In this document: one piece after another, positions 37,117 to 51,099 of the stretch | Position numbering within the stretch: position 1 is the stretch's first letter | Layout of the letters: each line of letters starts with the position of its first letter | Source: Octopus vulgaris | Lineage: Eukaryota | Direction of reading: 5' to 3' | DNA length: 64,000 nucleotides | Assembly (NCBI GenBank): GCA_951406725.2 | Contig: OX597821.1 | Location: 118,668,001 to 118,732,000 of the forward strand | Position numbers and translations under genes: made by a program | Notes under the pieces: model-generated | The model's database searches: none | What the model was told of the DNA's origin: nothing | Seen by the model: only the letters and a program-made list of their open reading frames with translations

Positions 37117-38330
37117 CTCCATTCTGTATGTACTGACTCTTGAACCATTTACTGCGGAAGCTGGGGGCGTAGAGGGGTGTCCCGTGTGATCTAGTATGTG
37201 AGAGAAATGTATCTGCTTACGCTGATGATATCACCGTCATAGTGTCGAGACACAGGGATATAGACAAGACAGTCGAAATACTACAGGAATATGAAGCGAT
37301 AACAGGAGCAAAGATTAACCCGGAAAAGTCAGTGGGCTTGCAGCTCGGCACATGGAGAGGCAAGGACATGCGGTCCAACAGCGTCGTGCTGCGCTGGACA
37401 GACAGTCTCAACAAGTTGCTCGGAGTCTGGTTTGGTCCGGACGTCCAAGTAGAGAAGAACTGGGAAGAAGTGACGAGAAGGGTAGCCAATCTCACCCAGA
37501 AATAGACCAAGTGGAAGCTGTCCCTGAAAAATGTAGCGGACGTGACGAACGCATACATGGCACCTGTCATCTCCTACCGCTTGACTGTCGTCCCTTGTCA
37601 TGTTTCCTGGTTGACCAAGCTTGTGCGCTTACTCGTCCGTTTTCTGTGGAAGATGCGCATTCCACTGGTCAGGTGTTCTATCTGCTGTCAATAGCTGCTG
37701 AGTGCAGGACTGGGCATGCCCTGGTTAGTGATGCGAAGACGTGCGCTGAGGTTGCGTCATCTCCAGCCTTTCCTTGACGGTGAGCAGGTGTGATCACCGT
37801 TTGTAAGAGGCACTTTTGGACTGAGCTGCAATCCTGGACTGGGCGCAGACCGAAGACGAGCGCTTGGCACCTTGAGTCCCGTCAAGCACTCACAGTCCTC
37901 CACCAGGCGGGCAATGCGGTCGGTGATACTTCCACTCTAAAGTTCTAAAGAGTGCTACTGAAGGGAAAGTGCGACGATGTTCTGAGGGAAACTCTGGGTG
38001 TCGATGAAGATCAACTAACCGATCTGTTTCGCAGCACTTTCGGGCCTGAGCCTATGGATAACTTCAAGAAATCCCTTGCCTGACAGTGCTACCGAGGGGC
38101 GCTCTCTGTTTGGGATAACATTTATAGGCACGGAAATGCCGTCAGCCGGGCCCATGCGAGGTGCGCCCAGAAAGATGAAACTGTTCTGTACGCCCTACTC
38201 CAGTGCTCAAGTATTGCTGACCGGTGGGTTTATGTCGAACACCTACTGCACACACATCTCCCCTGTCCGAGCATATCTGGTCAACAAAAAGCAATAAAAT
38301 CACACGGTCAGTATTTGGGCATCCAGAAAT
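34545..38330 (+). mobile_element. Degenerate Tx1-like LINE, copy A (ORF1 zinc knuckle, EN, RT; internal deletion and a ~190-bp tandem duplication at 36807-37190)
   Basis: 'VEGRRPRCYFCENDQHLKVDCP', EN 'IGHINVRGL...VIAISES', RT 'SAYADDITV', 'GAKINPEKS'. Confidence 0.85.
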
Positions 38331-39259
38331 GCTTCAAACAGCTTTGCACACATACATATATACATATATACAGACATACATTCATGCATGTGTGCATGTA
38401 TGTGTGGATGTGTTGTTGCCTGTATGTGTGTATGAGTGTGTATGTATGTATGTGTGTATGTATGTAAGTGTGTATGTATGTGTGTACGCATGTGTGGAGG
38501 TATGTATGTATGTGTGTATGCATACAAGTATACACATATGCATACCTACATACACACATACATACAAAAATACATACATACATGCATACACTCAAACATA
38601 CATACAAAAATACACACATACACAAACACAAACACATACACATACACGTGTACACATACAAACACACTAACAGATACATACATGCATACAAACGTACATA
38701 CATTTATTCAAATACACATACCCACATACATTCATGCATACAAGAATACATACATATACAGATACATGCATGCATATATATATATATATACACTCACATA
38801 CATAGATACAGTCATAGATTCATACAGACATAGATGAAAGCATAAATACATACAAGCATACCTTCATGCATACACGTATAGATACATATATACACACATT
38901 CATACACATGTAAATACACAGAAACACTTCATTCATATATACATACATATATACACACAGATGCATACATACGTACATACATACACACATACATGCACAG
39001 GGACATACATGCCAACAAATATATACACACGCACGTATAAAAGTACATACATATATAGATATACATACACACATACATACATATATACATGTGTGTATGT
39101 ATGTATTTTTTTATGTATATATGTATGTATGAGTACGTATGTGTATATGTATGTATGAGTACGTATGTATAAATGTATGTGTGTATCTATGCATGTGTGT
39201 ATGTATGTACAAACACTCATACATACCCACAAGCATACGCACATACATACATGGTGGTG

Positions 39260-39515
39260 GCTGCCCCCTCGTTATCGAGTATGGCCATTGCGCAAAAGCT
39301 TAATCAATGTTGTTATCGTGCAATGCCTGTGCAAGAAGATTTTTTTAAAGTGATGAAAGGCTGTGCACTGAGTCAATCCCACGCACTAAGAAACAGCAGC
39401 CATAATCCGAAAAGAAAAAGTCAACATCATCGGTAACCACTGATCCGCAGGTTTTATGTCGGAGTTATCCCAGTTACCTGAGTTACCTTCTCCTAGAAGG
39501 GTGCCCTAACAAAGG
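39260..39515 (-). mobile_element. Short RTE derivative: RTE 3' terminus fused to a piece of RTE 5' UTR
   Basis: 39260-39300 matches the RTE 3' end at 46645-46690; 39302-39515 matches the RTE 5' UTR at 50340-50555. Confidence 0.75.
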
Positions 39516-39954
39516 CACAACAAATACACACACAGACACATATATACACATACACATGTTTATATAAATACATGCAAACACACATACATACAGACATACA
39601 TACATATACACATGCACACATACATACACACATACAAACATACACATATTCATACATACATACACACAGACATACACATACCAATATATAGGCTTATACA
39701 TATACACATACATATAACATGCATACATACACTAATATACACATACACTCATACGCACAAACATGCATACAAAATAAGCACGTACATACATGCATACCTA
39801 TTGAAAAACATATATATGCAGCTGAAGAACAGTTTCCCTTTGTTCTCTCTTTACATCCTTCTTTCCTTTTTGACACTAAATCCACATTTTCCAAACAATT
39901 GCAGTGGTGCCATCGAACTTAAGAACCCTAATTTACTAATGTTGAAATGTCATT

Positions 39955-40014
<60 letters not shown>

Positions 40015-40189
40015 CTTGTAAATTGTGAATTAATTTGTATATCTAAATAAAGAAACTCTTACGAGATTTAATAGGGTATACAGCTTTACAGCGTAACATC
40101 AATATGTTAATTTTAGATTTAAAAAAAATCTTAATTATCATAATTTAGAGTACCATTTAACTTAAGGACAACATGTAACGCTTCATATT

Positions 40190-40830
40190 TTATTGTTTTT
40201 TTTGGGGGGCATTTAAAATTCATTCTGAGTCAGTATTTTGGGAACCCAAAATTACTTAATACAGCTTTGCAACTGCGAAACATTGTTCAGATCATTTATC
40301 ACTGTTGTGGAGATTTTTTCCCACCTTCGGCTAATAATGTTTTTAAAAAATTCTCCTTCTTTTTGTCTTAATACTTTTCACAGCTCTACCCAACCATTCT
40401 CAAGGATTTTCGATGGGTTCCAGCTCGGGCGACGGCGTTAGTCACTATATCAACCGACATGTCTTAGGTATATTGTTATTTCTGACTTGGTACGAGGTGA
40501 CATTCGGGTGGTTGTTATGCTGGAAAGTCCAAATGCTTTCGGGCGTATGGAAGCATAGTATTATTCAATATTTCTAAATAGGACTTACTATCCAATCGGA
40601 TTATAGAACTGACGTCTTTTGCAGACATTCACCATTACATCATCACACTTCCGGCAGAGTGCCTAATTGAAGGTTGGATGCATTTTGGATGGAATTCTTC
40701 GACTATACGCCTTCTTACATACTTCCTGACATCTCTGCCGAACAAGTTGAACTTTGATTCGTCCGACCACAACACATTCGTCCAATCTGCTGGACTCCAT
40801 TTCAAATGTTCTTTAACGGGCAAATCGATT
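40190..40830 (-). mobile_element. Tc1-family transposase remnant (copy 1)
   Basis: 'HLKWSPADWTNVLWSDESKFNLFGRD...YVRRR..EEFHPKCIQPSIRHSAGSVM'. Confidence 0.85.
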
Positions 40831-41778
40831 TTTCAAATACACACATACACACATACATGCATAGACACTCATACATACATATATAAAAACATATATACAT
40901 ACCTACATACACACTCACATACACACACACATACATAAATGTGTGTATGTATGTACGTGTGAATGTACTTATGTATGCATGTATGTGTATATATATATCT
41001 ATGGGTGTACGTATATAGATATATGTGTACATATATATATGTGTATAACTATCTATGTATTTATGTATGTTTTTATGTACATATATATGTACGTATGTAC
41101 CTATGTATGTGTGTATGTACAGAAATTCATACATGCATACATTCTTACATCCATAAATGCATTCATACATACATGCATAAATACATAAATATATACACAC
41201 AAACATATTTACATACATACACACATACATATATACATACATACATACATACATACATACATACATACATACATACATACATACATACATACATACATAC
41301 ATACATGGTGGTTGTCTACTCCTTATACAGATTTTAACCACCTCCTTACCGACACCTTAGCACCATTATGGTTCCTGATGTGGTTTTTCAAAGAAAGAAT
41401 ATTCTGAAAAGACACCCACATAGATTGCTCCTCCAATTTGGGCCACCAAGACCTGCAGATAAATTCTGCTGTTTCTAGGTCTTAAGATGTCGCTTTAGGC
41501 ATCCGTTGGATTTGCAAACTTCATACGTTCGTCAGGGGATCATTCGATACCTTGACCCCAATATTTGTTTTGTCTCTCCTTGCATCTTCACCCCATTTTC
41601 TTAACCTTATATGGTTAATACATGCGCCATTTCACGAGTCTTATTTTTCATCCAGCAGAGTGTCCAACAACACCATCGTCACCAACCTAGCCTGGTGGGG
41701 TTGCCGGTTTAGTCGCCGACGACCTGATCATGAAATAGGTTGTACTGGGTTACATGTTCCCAGTAGCACTCAAGAGCG

Positions 41779-41809
<31 letters not shown>

Positions 41810-41859
41810 AACATACATACATGCAGACAGACAGACAGACATGATGGTCGTCCATGAAC

Positions 41860-42253
41860 ATGTATCATACATCAAAATGAAGCTGATTTTCAGTGGATCA
41901 CATCCCTACTCCAAACATAGTTGCCGTTTCTCTCAAAAGCAATGTTCCACCTTCGAATGACTGCATGTATCCCCGCCCCGTGAAATTCGGTTGACTGTTC
42001 TTACAGCCATTTCTTTATTACCTCCACACTCACCAGATTTTGCACTTCAGACTATCATCTCTTCGGCGCAACAAAAGAGAGTTTGAGAGGCAAACATTAT
42101 ACCAGCGACGAGGAAGTAAGAAATGTGGTGAACAAGTGGCTCAAATGTGAACCACTGGGGCCAAGATTCATTTTGATGTATGATACATGTTCCTGTGTTG
42201 GTAATTATACCTTTCCTAAACAAAATGGCATTACTTTTCGACGCACCCTCGTA
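41860..42253 (+). mobile_element. Mariner remnant with inverted 3' pieces (copy 1)
   Basis: 'LRGKHYTSDEEVRNVVNKWLK'; TIR-like GGCATTACTTTTCGACGCACCCTCGTA. Confidence 0.75.
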
Positions 42254-43300
42254 CGTACATACATACGTAAGTATGTACACACATACCCACATACATACAT
42301 ATATACTACAAACATATATACACACAAACATATACACACGCATATATACGTACATACACACACGCATATACATACATACACTCTTACATATATAAATACA
42401 TGTACATAAACGCATATAAATATATATACATACATATATTCACACATACATATATGTACATATATATACACATATACATACACATAGACATACATATATA
42501 TACAATCATGCATACTTACATACACACATAAGTACACACATACATATATACAAACATATATACGTACATACATATACGCTTGCATACACACACACATACA
42601 TACACACTAACATACACATATTCATGCTGCACACATGCATACATTCATACACACGCATATACATATATACACACATAAGTACATACATGCATGCATACAT
42701 ACATAAATATATACGCACAGACATACTTACGCAGATACATAGACACATACAGAAAACCATACATATAAACATGCATGCATAAACACAATCATATATATAT
42801 ACATACATACCTACGCACATATACATGTACATACATACATACACACATACATATGCACGTAGATGCATACATACGTGCATACATACATAGGCACATACAT
42901 GCAAGTATGCATCTATACCTATATACACACACATGGAAGATGTACATATACACACATACATACTTACATATCTACATACATAAGTACACGCACATACATG
43001 CATGCATACATACGTACATACACGCGTAGAAACACACATACATATATACGAAGATACATGCATTCATGCGAGCATGTATACATACATACACACATACATA
43101 CATATATACATGCATGCATACATTACAAACCTACACACATACTTGTTGCATAGAAACGTATACATGCACGGATGTGTACATACATACAGTACATATTTAC
43201 ACACATACCTACACACGTAAATCCATACGTACATAGGTTCATACACACAAACATACAAGTATACTTAGACACCAACACACATACATATATACATGCATGC

Positions 43301-43361
<61 letters not shown>

Positions 43362-43729
43362 GCATACATAAACTCATACATGTTTATACAGTCACATATC
43401 TATGTTCTTTTCAATTGTTTGAGTCATTTAATTGCGTTTTCCAAAACGTTATCTCATAATTCATTCCTAATATCCTCAAACACACTTTAGAACCGACTGC
43501 GTGTGAATCTATACGATTCCTCTAATTTAACCACTCCACAACTCAAGTGTTTTTCGTTGCTCAATACTCGTTTTGTAATCTCTCATCTATATATAGCTGC
43601 AGAACAGTTTCCCTTTGTTTTCTTTCTACATCCTTCTTTCCTTTTTGACACTAAATCCACATTTTCCAAGCATTTGCAGTGACCTCATTGAACTTAAGAA
43701 CACTAATTTACTAATATTCAAATGTCATT

Positions 43730-43786
<57 letters not shown>

Positions 43787-43959
43787 CTTGTAAATTGTGA
43801 ATTAATTTGTATATCTAAGTAAAGAAACTCTTACGAGCTTTAATAGGGTATACAGCTTTACAGGGTAAAATCAATATGTTAATTTTAGATTTTTAAAAAA
43901 TCTTAATTATTATAATTTAGAGTACCATTTAACTTAAGGACAACATGTAATCTTTCATA

Positions 43960-44625
43960 TTTTTTTTGGCATTTAAAATTCATTCTGAAATCCCTAAAAA
44001 GCAATAAAATCACAGAGTCAGTATTTTGGGAACCCAAATTTATTTAATACAGCTTTGCATCTGCGAAACATACAAATGTTCTGATCATTTATCACTGTTG
44101 CGGAGATGTTTTCCCACTTTCGGCTAATAATGTTTTAAAAAAATTCTCCTTATTCTTTGTCTTAATACTTTTCACAGCTCTACCCAACCATTCTCAAAGA
44201 TTTTGGATGGGTTCCAGTTCGGGCGACGACGCTGGTCACTATATCAACCGAAATCTCTTAGGTATAATGTAATTTCTGACTTGGTACGAGGTGACATTCG
44301 GGTGGTTGTCATGCTTGAAAGTCCAAATGCTTTCGGGCGTATGGAGGCATAGTATTATTCAATATTTCTAGATAGGACTTACTATCCATTAATATTATAG
44401 AACAGACGTCTTTTCCAGACATTCACCCTTACATCATCACACTTCCGGCAGAGTGCCTAATTGAAGGTTGGATGCATTTTGGATGGAATTCTTCGCCTAT
44501 ACGCTTTCTTAAATACTTCCTGCCATCTCTGCCGAACAAGTTGAAATTTGATGCGTCCGACCACAACACATTCGTCCAATCTGCTGGACTCCATTTCAAA
44601 TGTTCTTTAACGGGCAAATCGATTT
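43960..44625 (-). mobile_element. Tc1-family transposase remnant (copy 2)
   Basis: 'VLWSDASNFNLFGRDGRKYLRKRIGEEFHPKC'. Confidence 0.85.
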
Positions 44626-44665
44626 TTCAAATACACACATACACACATACATGCATAGACACTCA

Positions 44666-44699
<34 letters not shown>

Positions 44700-45107
44700 A
44701 AAACATATATACATACATACATACACACTCACATACATACAGACATACATACACACATACATACATGTGTGTATGTATGTACATGTGAATGTACATGTGA
44801 ATGTATGCATGTATGTGTATATAAATGTGTATATATATCTATGTGTGTAAGTATGTTTTTATGTATATGTATATGTACGTATGTACCTATGTATGTGTGC
44901 ATGTACAGAAATTCATACATGCATACATTCTTACATCCATAAATGCATTCAAAAATACATACATTCATATATACATTCAATAATGCATACATGCATAAAT
45001 ACATTAATACATACGTACAAATATATTTACATACATACATACCTACCTACATACATACATACATACATACATACATACACACATACATACATACATACAT
45101 ACATACA

Positions 45108-45141
<34 letters not shown>

Positions 45142-45184
45142 CATACATACATGCAGACAGACAGACAGACATGGTGGCCGTCCA

Positions 45185-45676
45185 TGAACTTGTATCATAC
45201 ATAAAAATGAAACTGGTTTTCAGTGGATCACATCCCTACTCCACAACATAGTTGCCGTTTCTCTCAAAAGCAATGTTCCACCTTCGAATGACTGCATGTA
45301 TCCCAGCCCTGTAAAATTATGCTGACTGTTCTTTGAGCCATTTCTTCACTACCTCCACTCTCACCAGATTTTGCACTTCAGACTATAATCTCTTCGGTGC
45401 AACAAAAGAGGATTTGAGAGGCAAACATTATACCAGTGACGAGGAAGTAAGAAATGTGGTGAAGAAGTGGCTCAAAGAACATTCAACAGAATTTTACAGG
45501 GCAGGAATACATGCTCTCATTCGAAGGAGGAACATTGCTTTTGAGAGAAACGGTAACTATATCAAAGAGTCGGGATGTGATTAACTGGGGCCAAGATTTA
45601 TCTTGATGTATTATACATGTTCCTGTGTTGATACCTTTCCTTAAAATATGGCATTACTTTTTGACGCACCCTCGTA
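45185..45676 (+). mobile_element. Mariner remnant with inverted 3' pieces (copy 2)
   Basis: 'TSDYNLFGATKEDLRGKHYTSDEEVRNVVKKWLKEHSTEFYRAGIHALIRRRNIAFERNGNYI'; TIR-like GGCATTACTTTTTGACGCACCCTCGTA; 45195-45350 is an inverted copy of 45460-45610. Confidence 0.8.
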
Positions 45677-46644
45677 CATACATACATCCATAAGTACATA
45701 CACACATACCCACATAAATACCCACATATATACACACATACATATACACACATACATGCACACATGCATACATACACACACACACGCATATAGAAACATA
45801 CACTCATACATACACAAATACATATATATATACGCATATATATACATATATATACATATAAGGACACATACATATATGCACGTATACATACATATATACA
45901 TACACACAGACATACATATATATATACAAAATTGCATGCTTACATATACACATATATAGACAGATATGTACACACATACATATATATGACCATTTATACG
46001 TACATATATATACGCTTGCATACAAAGATACATACATACATACGCACGTACATATATACATACATACATACATACGCACATACATTCATAAAGACACACA
46101 CATATAAACACATATGTACATACTCACTTGCATACATACATAAATACATACAACAGACATGCGTACGCAGATATATAGTTACATACATTTAAACATGCAT
46201 GCATAAATACAATCATTCATATATACATCCATACTTACACACATATAAATGTACATACATGTGTGTGTACATACACACATACATACGCTGATAGATGCAT
46301 ACATACCAGCATACATACATACATAGGCACCTACATGCAAGTATGCATACATACGTATATACATACACACATGCATTTCTACATATACGCACATACAAAT
46401 TTACATGACTACATACATAAGTGAACGCACATACATGCATGCAAACGTACGTACATACACACGTAGAGGCACAGATACATATATATGAACATACATGCAT
46501 GCATGCGAGCATATATATATACATACACACATACATATATAAATGTATGCATACATTACAAACCTACACACATACTTAGCTGCATACAAGCATATACATG
46601 CATGCATGTGTACATACATACATACATACAGTACTTACTTTTAT

Positions 46645-49600
46645 GGCTGCCCCCTTGTTATCGAGTATGGCTATTGCATGAAGCTTAACTGTTACTGGTG
46701 CTGTGATCGAATGTGACTTTTTAGCCCAGCCAAAGATCTAAAATGTCTTGTAAAAAATTGGCAGCTAAAACCTTCTCTGGAAATAGTCGGCTGTAGTTGT
46801 AACTGGGCTTCATGTACCTCTGCATGTCGTTTAAGTCCTCCTGCCGAATTACACTCTCTTCCACATGCCCGACAGATATGATTAGTATGGTGTATTACCC
46901 CACCACCAGTGGCCAGGTTGTCACTCATCTGTCTCGTTTTATGACTACGAAGATGACTCATGAGCCCATCTTTACTGAGGCAGAGTCTTGCATAAATATT
47001 GCATGTCAGAATCGAAGGAAGACCCTTCCCTTCTGGAAGTGTAACAGCGATGCCCTTCCTGACATCTCTCCTTACTTTCTCATGTGCAACTCGAGATTTC
47101 TCAAAAGTGGCTGTCCCCTCATGCACAATCCTTCTCCATCTGCTTCGATCAATAGCTATGCCTTCCCATGTGTCAGGAGAGATGCAAGTATCTCTTAAGG
47201 ACGCCTTCAGCAAGTCCGTATACCTCTTTTTTTTGGTTTATGTGGAGGTCGTTCTCCTTTAGCTAACTCTCCATAAAAGAATTGTTTTGGCATCCTTGAA
47301 TCCTTCATTCTGACCAGATGACCACTCCATCTGAGCCTTTGCTTTAACACAAGATCTTCTATTTCTTCACACCGAGAGCCTTCGAGTATTTCAAGATAAC
47401 TGATGCGGTCCTTCCACGTAATGCCATACATCCGTCTGAGGCACATCTGATGGAAACGTTCCAGTTGTTTAAGGTGGTATCGATATGCGACCCACGTCTC
47501 ACAGGCATAGAGAATAAAAGGGAGCACACATGCCTTGTACACCTTTATCTTTGTCTTTCTGCATATATCTCGCCGACTCCAGAGGCGCTTTTCTAGCCTT
47601 CCGAAAGCAACACTTGCTTTCCTAATTCTATATGGAATTTTCATCATCCACATTGCCATATCTATTAATAGTGCTTCCCAGGTAGACAAACTGATCGACT
47701 ACATCAAGTCGTTTACCATTCACATAGATATTTGGTACACTATACTGCTTACCAGGGGCAGGTTGATGCATGACAACAGTTTTCTTGAAATCGACTATCA
47801 ATCCTAAGGCAGTACAAGCATCAGAGAATGAATTCAAAAATGTGTTGCATATCAATCTCTGTGTGTGCTACTAGCTCATATCATCAGTATACAAAATGTC
47901 TCTTACGATAGAGGTAAATATCTTTGTTTTTGCAGCAAGGCGCCTAATATTAAATATGCTGCCAGAGGTTCGAAAATGGACGTAAACACCGTATCTGCAG
48001 TTTCTGAATGCAGTACAGAACACCATCGCGAAATATATGGAAAATAGGGTCGGTGCTAGAATATCCCCCTGTTTCACTCCATTTTGTATTGAAATGGGCT
48101 CAGACATTTTCCCTCTAACATTCACCCTAACATTCATGTCTACAGGAAAAGACCTAACCAAATCAAAGCAAGGAACTTTTCAGGACACCCAAGTTTCTGT
48201 AGGACTTTCCACAATGCTTTTCCATTGACGGTATCAAAGGCTTTTGTCAGATCGACAAAAATCTGATACTAATCCAGACCCTGTTCCACACACTTTTCCT
48301 GAAGCTGTCTAGCTGAAAATATCATATCAGCAGTGCCACGTCCCACACGGAAGCCGGATTGACTTTCTGGAAGAACACAATCTGCAATGTATTTCAGCAG
48401 ACAATCCAGAAGTATCCTGCATAAAAACTTTCCTACAGCAGACAGCAATGATACTCCCCTATAATTACCACAATCATTCATGTTGCCCTTTCCCTTATAC
48501 AGGACCACTATTACTGCATATCTCCAGTCCTCAGGTACAGATTCACTAGTCCATATCTTACCAAACAAACAGTGAACTTTCTGCAGAAGTTTCTCACCAC
48601 CATGCTGTAACAACTCCGCATGTGTGCCATCCATACCCGGAGACTTCCCATTATTCAACCTTGAGACAGCTATTGCAACTTCTTCCAACTTTGGTGGTTC
48701 CGCGAGTGCTGCCTTCACAGGCAATCTAGGGATGCGATTGAGAACATCCTCACTAACTACAGACTGCTGATTCAAAAGTTCATCAAAGTGTTCTTGCCAC
48801 CTTCTCAGAATTCCTTGTGAATAACGAAGAAGTTCTTTACCATCCCTGCTTCGAAGTGGTGTCATCAGGGAAGACGTCGGTCCATAAACTTCTCGCAAGA
48901 GACCATACAACAGCTTTGTGTTATTGGAATCTGATGCCGCCTGTATCTCATCAGCCTTCTTACTCCACCATGTATCCCTCATCTGAGAGAGCCTTTGCCT
49001 CACACGTGATTTTACATCCTTGAGTTCCCCATGCAACACTTCCCTTTCCTGTGGCTTTGCTGACAAATAGCGTGACAAAGTACGTCTTTTATCAGCCAAT
49101 TAATCATCTATATGTTCATCATTTTCTTTGAACCAATCTTGATGCTTTCTTTGTATCAATCCCAGAACTTCCTTGCCTATATCAAAAACTGACTTTTTAA
49201 GGGTCGGCCAATCCTCCCCAATATCTACAGCATTCATTTCCTCTCGTAAAGTTCTCTTCACACTATTATACCTAAGACGATCAACATTCAGTTGTCATCC
49301 CTGCAGCTCGGATTTTATGTTTTGTGACTAATTTCACTTTTGCGTGTACTAGGCGGTGGTCACTCCAACACTCAGCTCCACGAAGAACACAAACACACTG
49401 CACATCCTGTCTGTCACGCACCCTAACTAGGCTGTAATCCAGAATATGCTATTCTTTAGATGCAGGGTGCATCCATGTAGTCTTAAGCTTATTCTTTTGT
49501 TGAAACATGGTATTGGTAACACACACTCAGCTCCTCACACATCTGCAGCAAAAGCATGCCATTGCTATTACACTTCCCCACCCCATGCTTTCCAATTACA

Positions 49601-50838
49601 GTCCATGTGTTAAAATCCCTACCCACTCTAGCATTAAAGTCACCCAGTAGGATGACTTTGTCTGCCCGAGAGATATTTCTTATAATGCCCTTCAATGCAT
49701 GGTAGAAAGAAAGTTTTTCGTCATCAGTATAGCACATAGTTGGAGCATACACACTCACCAAGGTCATATAATTTCCTTTAGCCAAAATAATTCTCATGGA
49801 CATAAGACGCTCGTTAATTCCGATTGGGAATTCTTCCAACTTGTCCACAATAGTAGTCTTAAAAGCAAATGCTACTCCAGCTTCTCCTGTAAACTCTTCA
49901 TTCCCCCCTTGCCAAAAGAATGTATATTTTCCACAAGATTCTGTAAGATGACCATCTCCAGGTAATCTCGTCTCAGATAAAGCAACGATGTCAAGATCAT
50001 AGCGTTGAATCTCCTTCGCAACAAGCACAGTCCTTGTTTCAGGACATTCAGAGGACTTGCGGTCAAACAGTGTCCGTACATTCCAACAGCCGATATTCAC
50101 TAGTTTTTGGTTCTATGACAGTAGCATGATGACGGCCGGGTTCAGACTGTGATGCTCTGGAGCCCCTGCCGGGCAATACTCTTTCAGCTGATGTCGTTCC
50201 AGAGTCCTTACTGCCATTTATTTTTATACTGTTTTGGTACATCATTTACTTTTTGCTTTTTAAGGTTACAGCCAGCCATGCGGTTGAGACTCACAGCACT
50301 ATCAACAATCATGAATTAGTTAATCAGTTTAATCAATCCAATGTTGTTATCGTGCAATGCCTGTGCAAGAAGATTTTTTTTTTAAGTGAGGAAAGGATGT
50401 GCATTGAGTCAATCCCACTCACTAAGCAACAGCAGCCATAATCCGAAAAGAAGAACAAGTCAACATCATCGGTAACCACTGAGGCGCAGGTTTTATGTCG
50501 GAGTTATCCCAGTTAACTGAGTTACCTTCTCTTAGAAGGATACCCTAACAAAGGCCAGGAGTCCTTCACTCCCAATGGTTTAACCGCGCGATCGGGTATT
50601 CAGTCCGATTATTTCTATGTCCCCGCGCATGATACAGCCTTAAGACATTTATTGGATGGCCGTTGACTCTCAAGAGTTCCTCCGCCCTTTGATGGGTTTT
50701 GTTTTACATCCCGAAGGGTGTCCAATAAACACCCTCCTCACCAAGCAAGCTTGGTGGGGTTGCCGGTTTAGACGCCGACGGCGCGACCATGCAATACGTT
50801 GTACTGGGTTACATGTTACCAGTAGCACTCGAAAGTGA
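46645..50838 (-). mobile_element. Near full-length RTE (BovB-like) LINE, frameshifted; EN-RT with C-terminal C2H2-like fingers
   Basis: EN 'NIGCWNVRTL...DIVALSETRL...VSVYAPT...LLGDFNARVG'; RT 'GKSPGMDG', 'NYRGVSLLS', 'LPESQSGFR', 'GVKQGDILAPTLF', 'ILYTDD'; 'RLRWSGHLVRMKDSRMPKQFFYGEL'; 5' UTR 50100-50838. Confidence 0.93.
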
Positions 50839-51099
50839 CCTGACATAACACAAACATGCATACATACATATATACATACACACACATATATATTCACACA
50901 CATATATATATACATACACAGACACATAATTATATATACATACAGACAGACAGATAAACATACACAAACATACATACATACACTCATACATACATACATA
51001 TATACATACACATATATACACACACATATATATATACACACATATATATGTATACATACACAAACACGTGGATATATATATACATACACACATACATAA

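Larger units (their letters stand above)
31020..39800. repeat. Segmental duplication block A (paralog of ~50860-64000)
   Basis: Same-orientation shared order of R4 fragment, unique AT-rich DNA, SINEs, R4 fragment, (TTA)n, Tx1 and TACA microsatellite. Confidence 0.9.
39815..46640. repeat. Tandem duplication of a ~3.5-kb unit (39815-43420 and 43590-46640) containing Tc1 and mariner remnants and TACA microsatellite
   Basis: Shared start GCTG(A/C)AGAACAGTTTCCCTTTGTT and collinear internal blocks. Confidence 0.9.

Noticed and set aside
30603-46640. ORFs rich in Y/V/C/M or H/T/Y/I (also 50809-51093 and 62861-63944)
   Set aside because: Translations of degenerate (TACA)n/(TA)n/(CA)n microsatellites.
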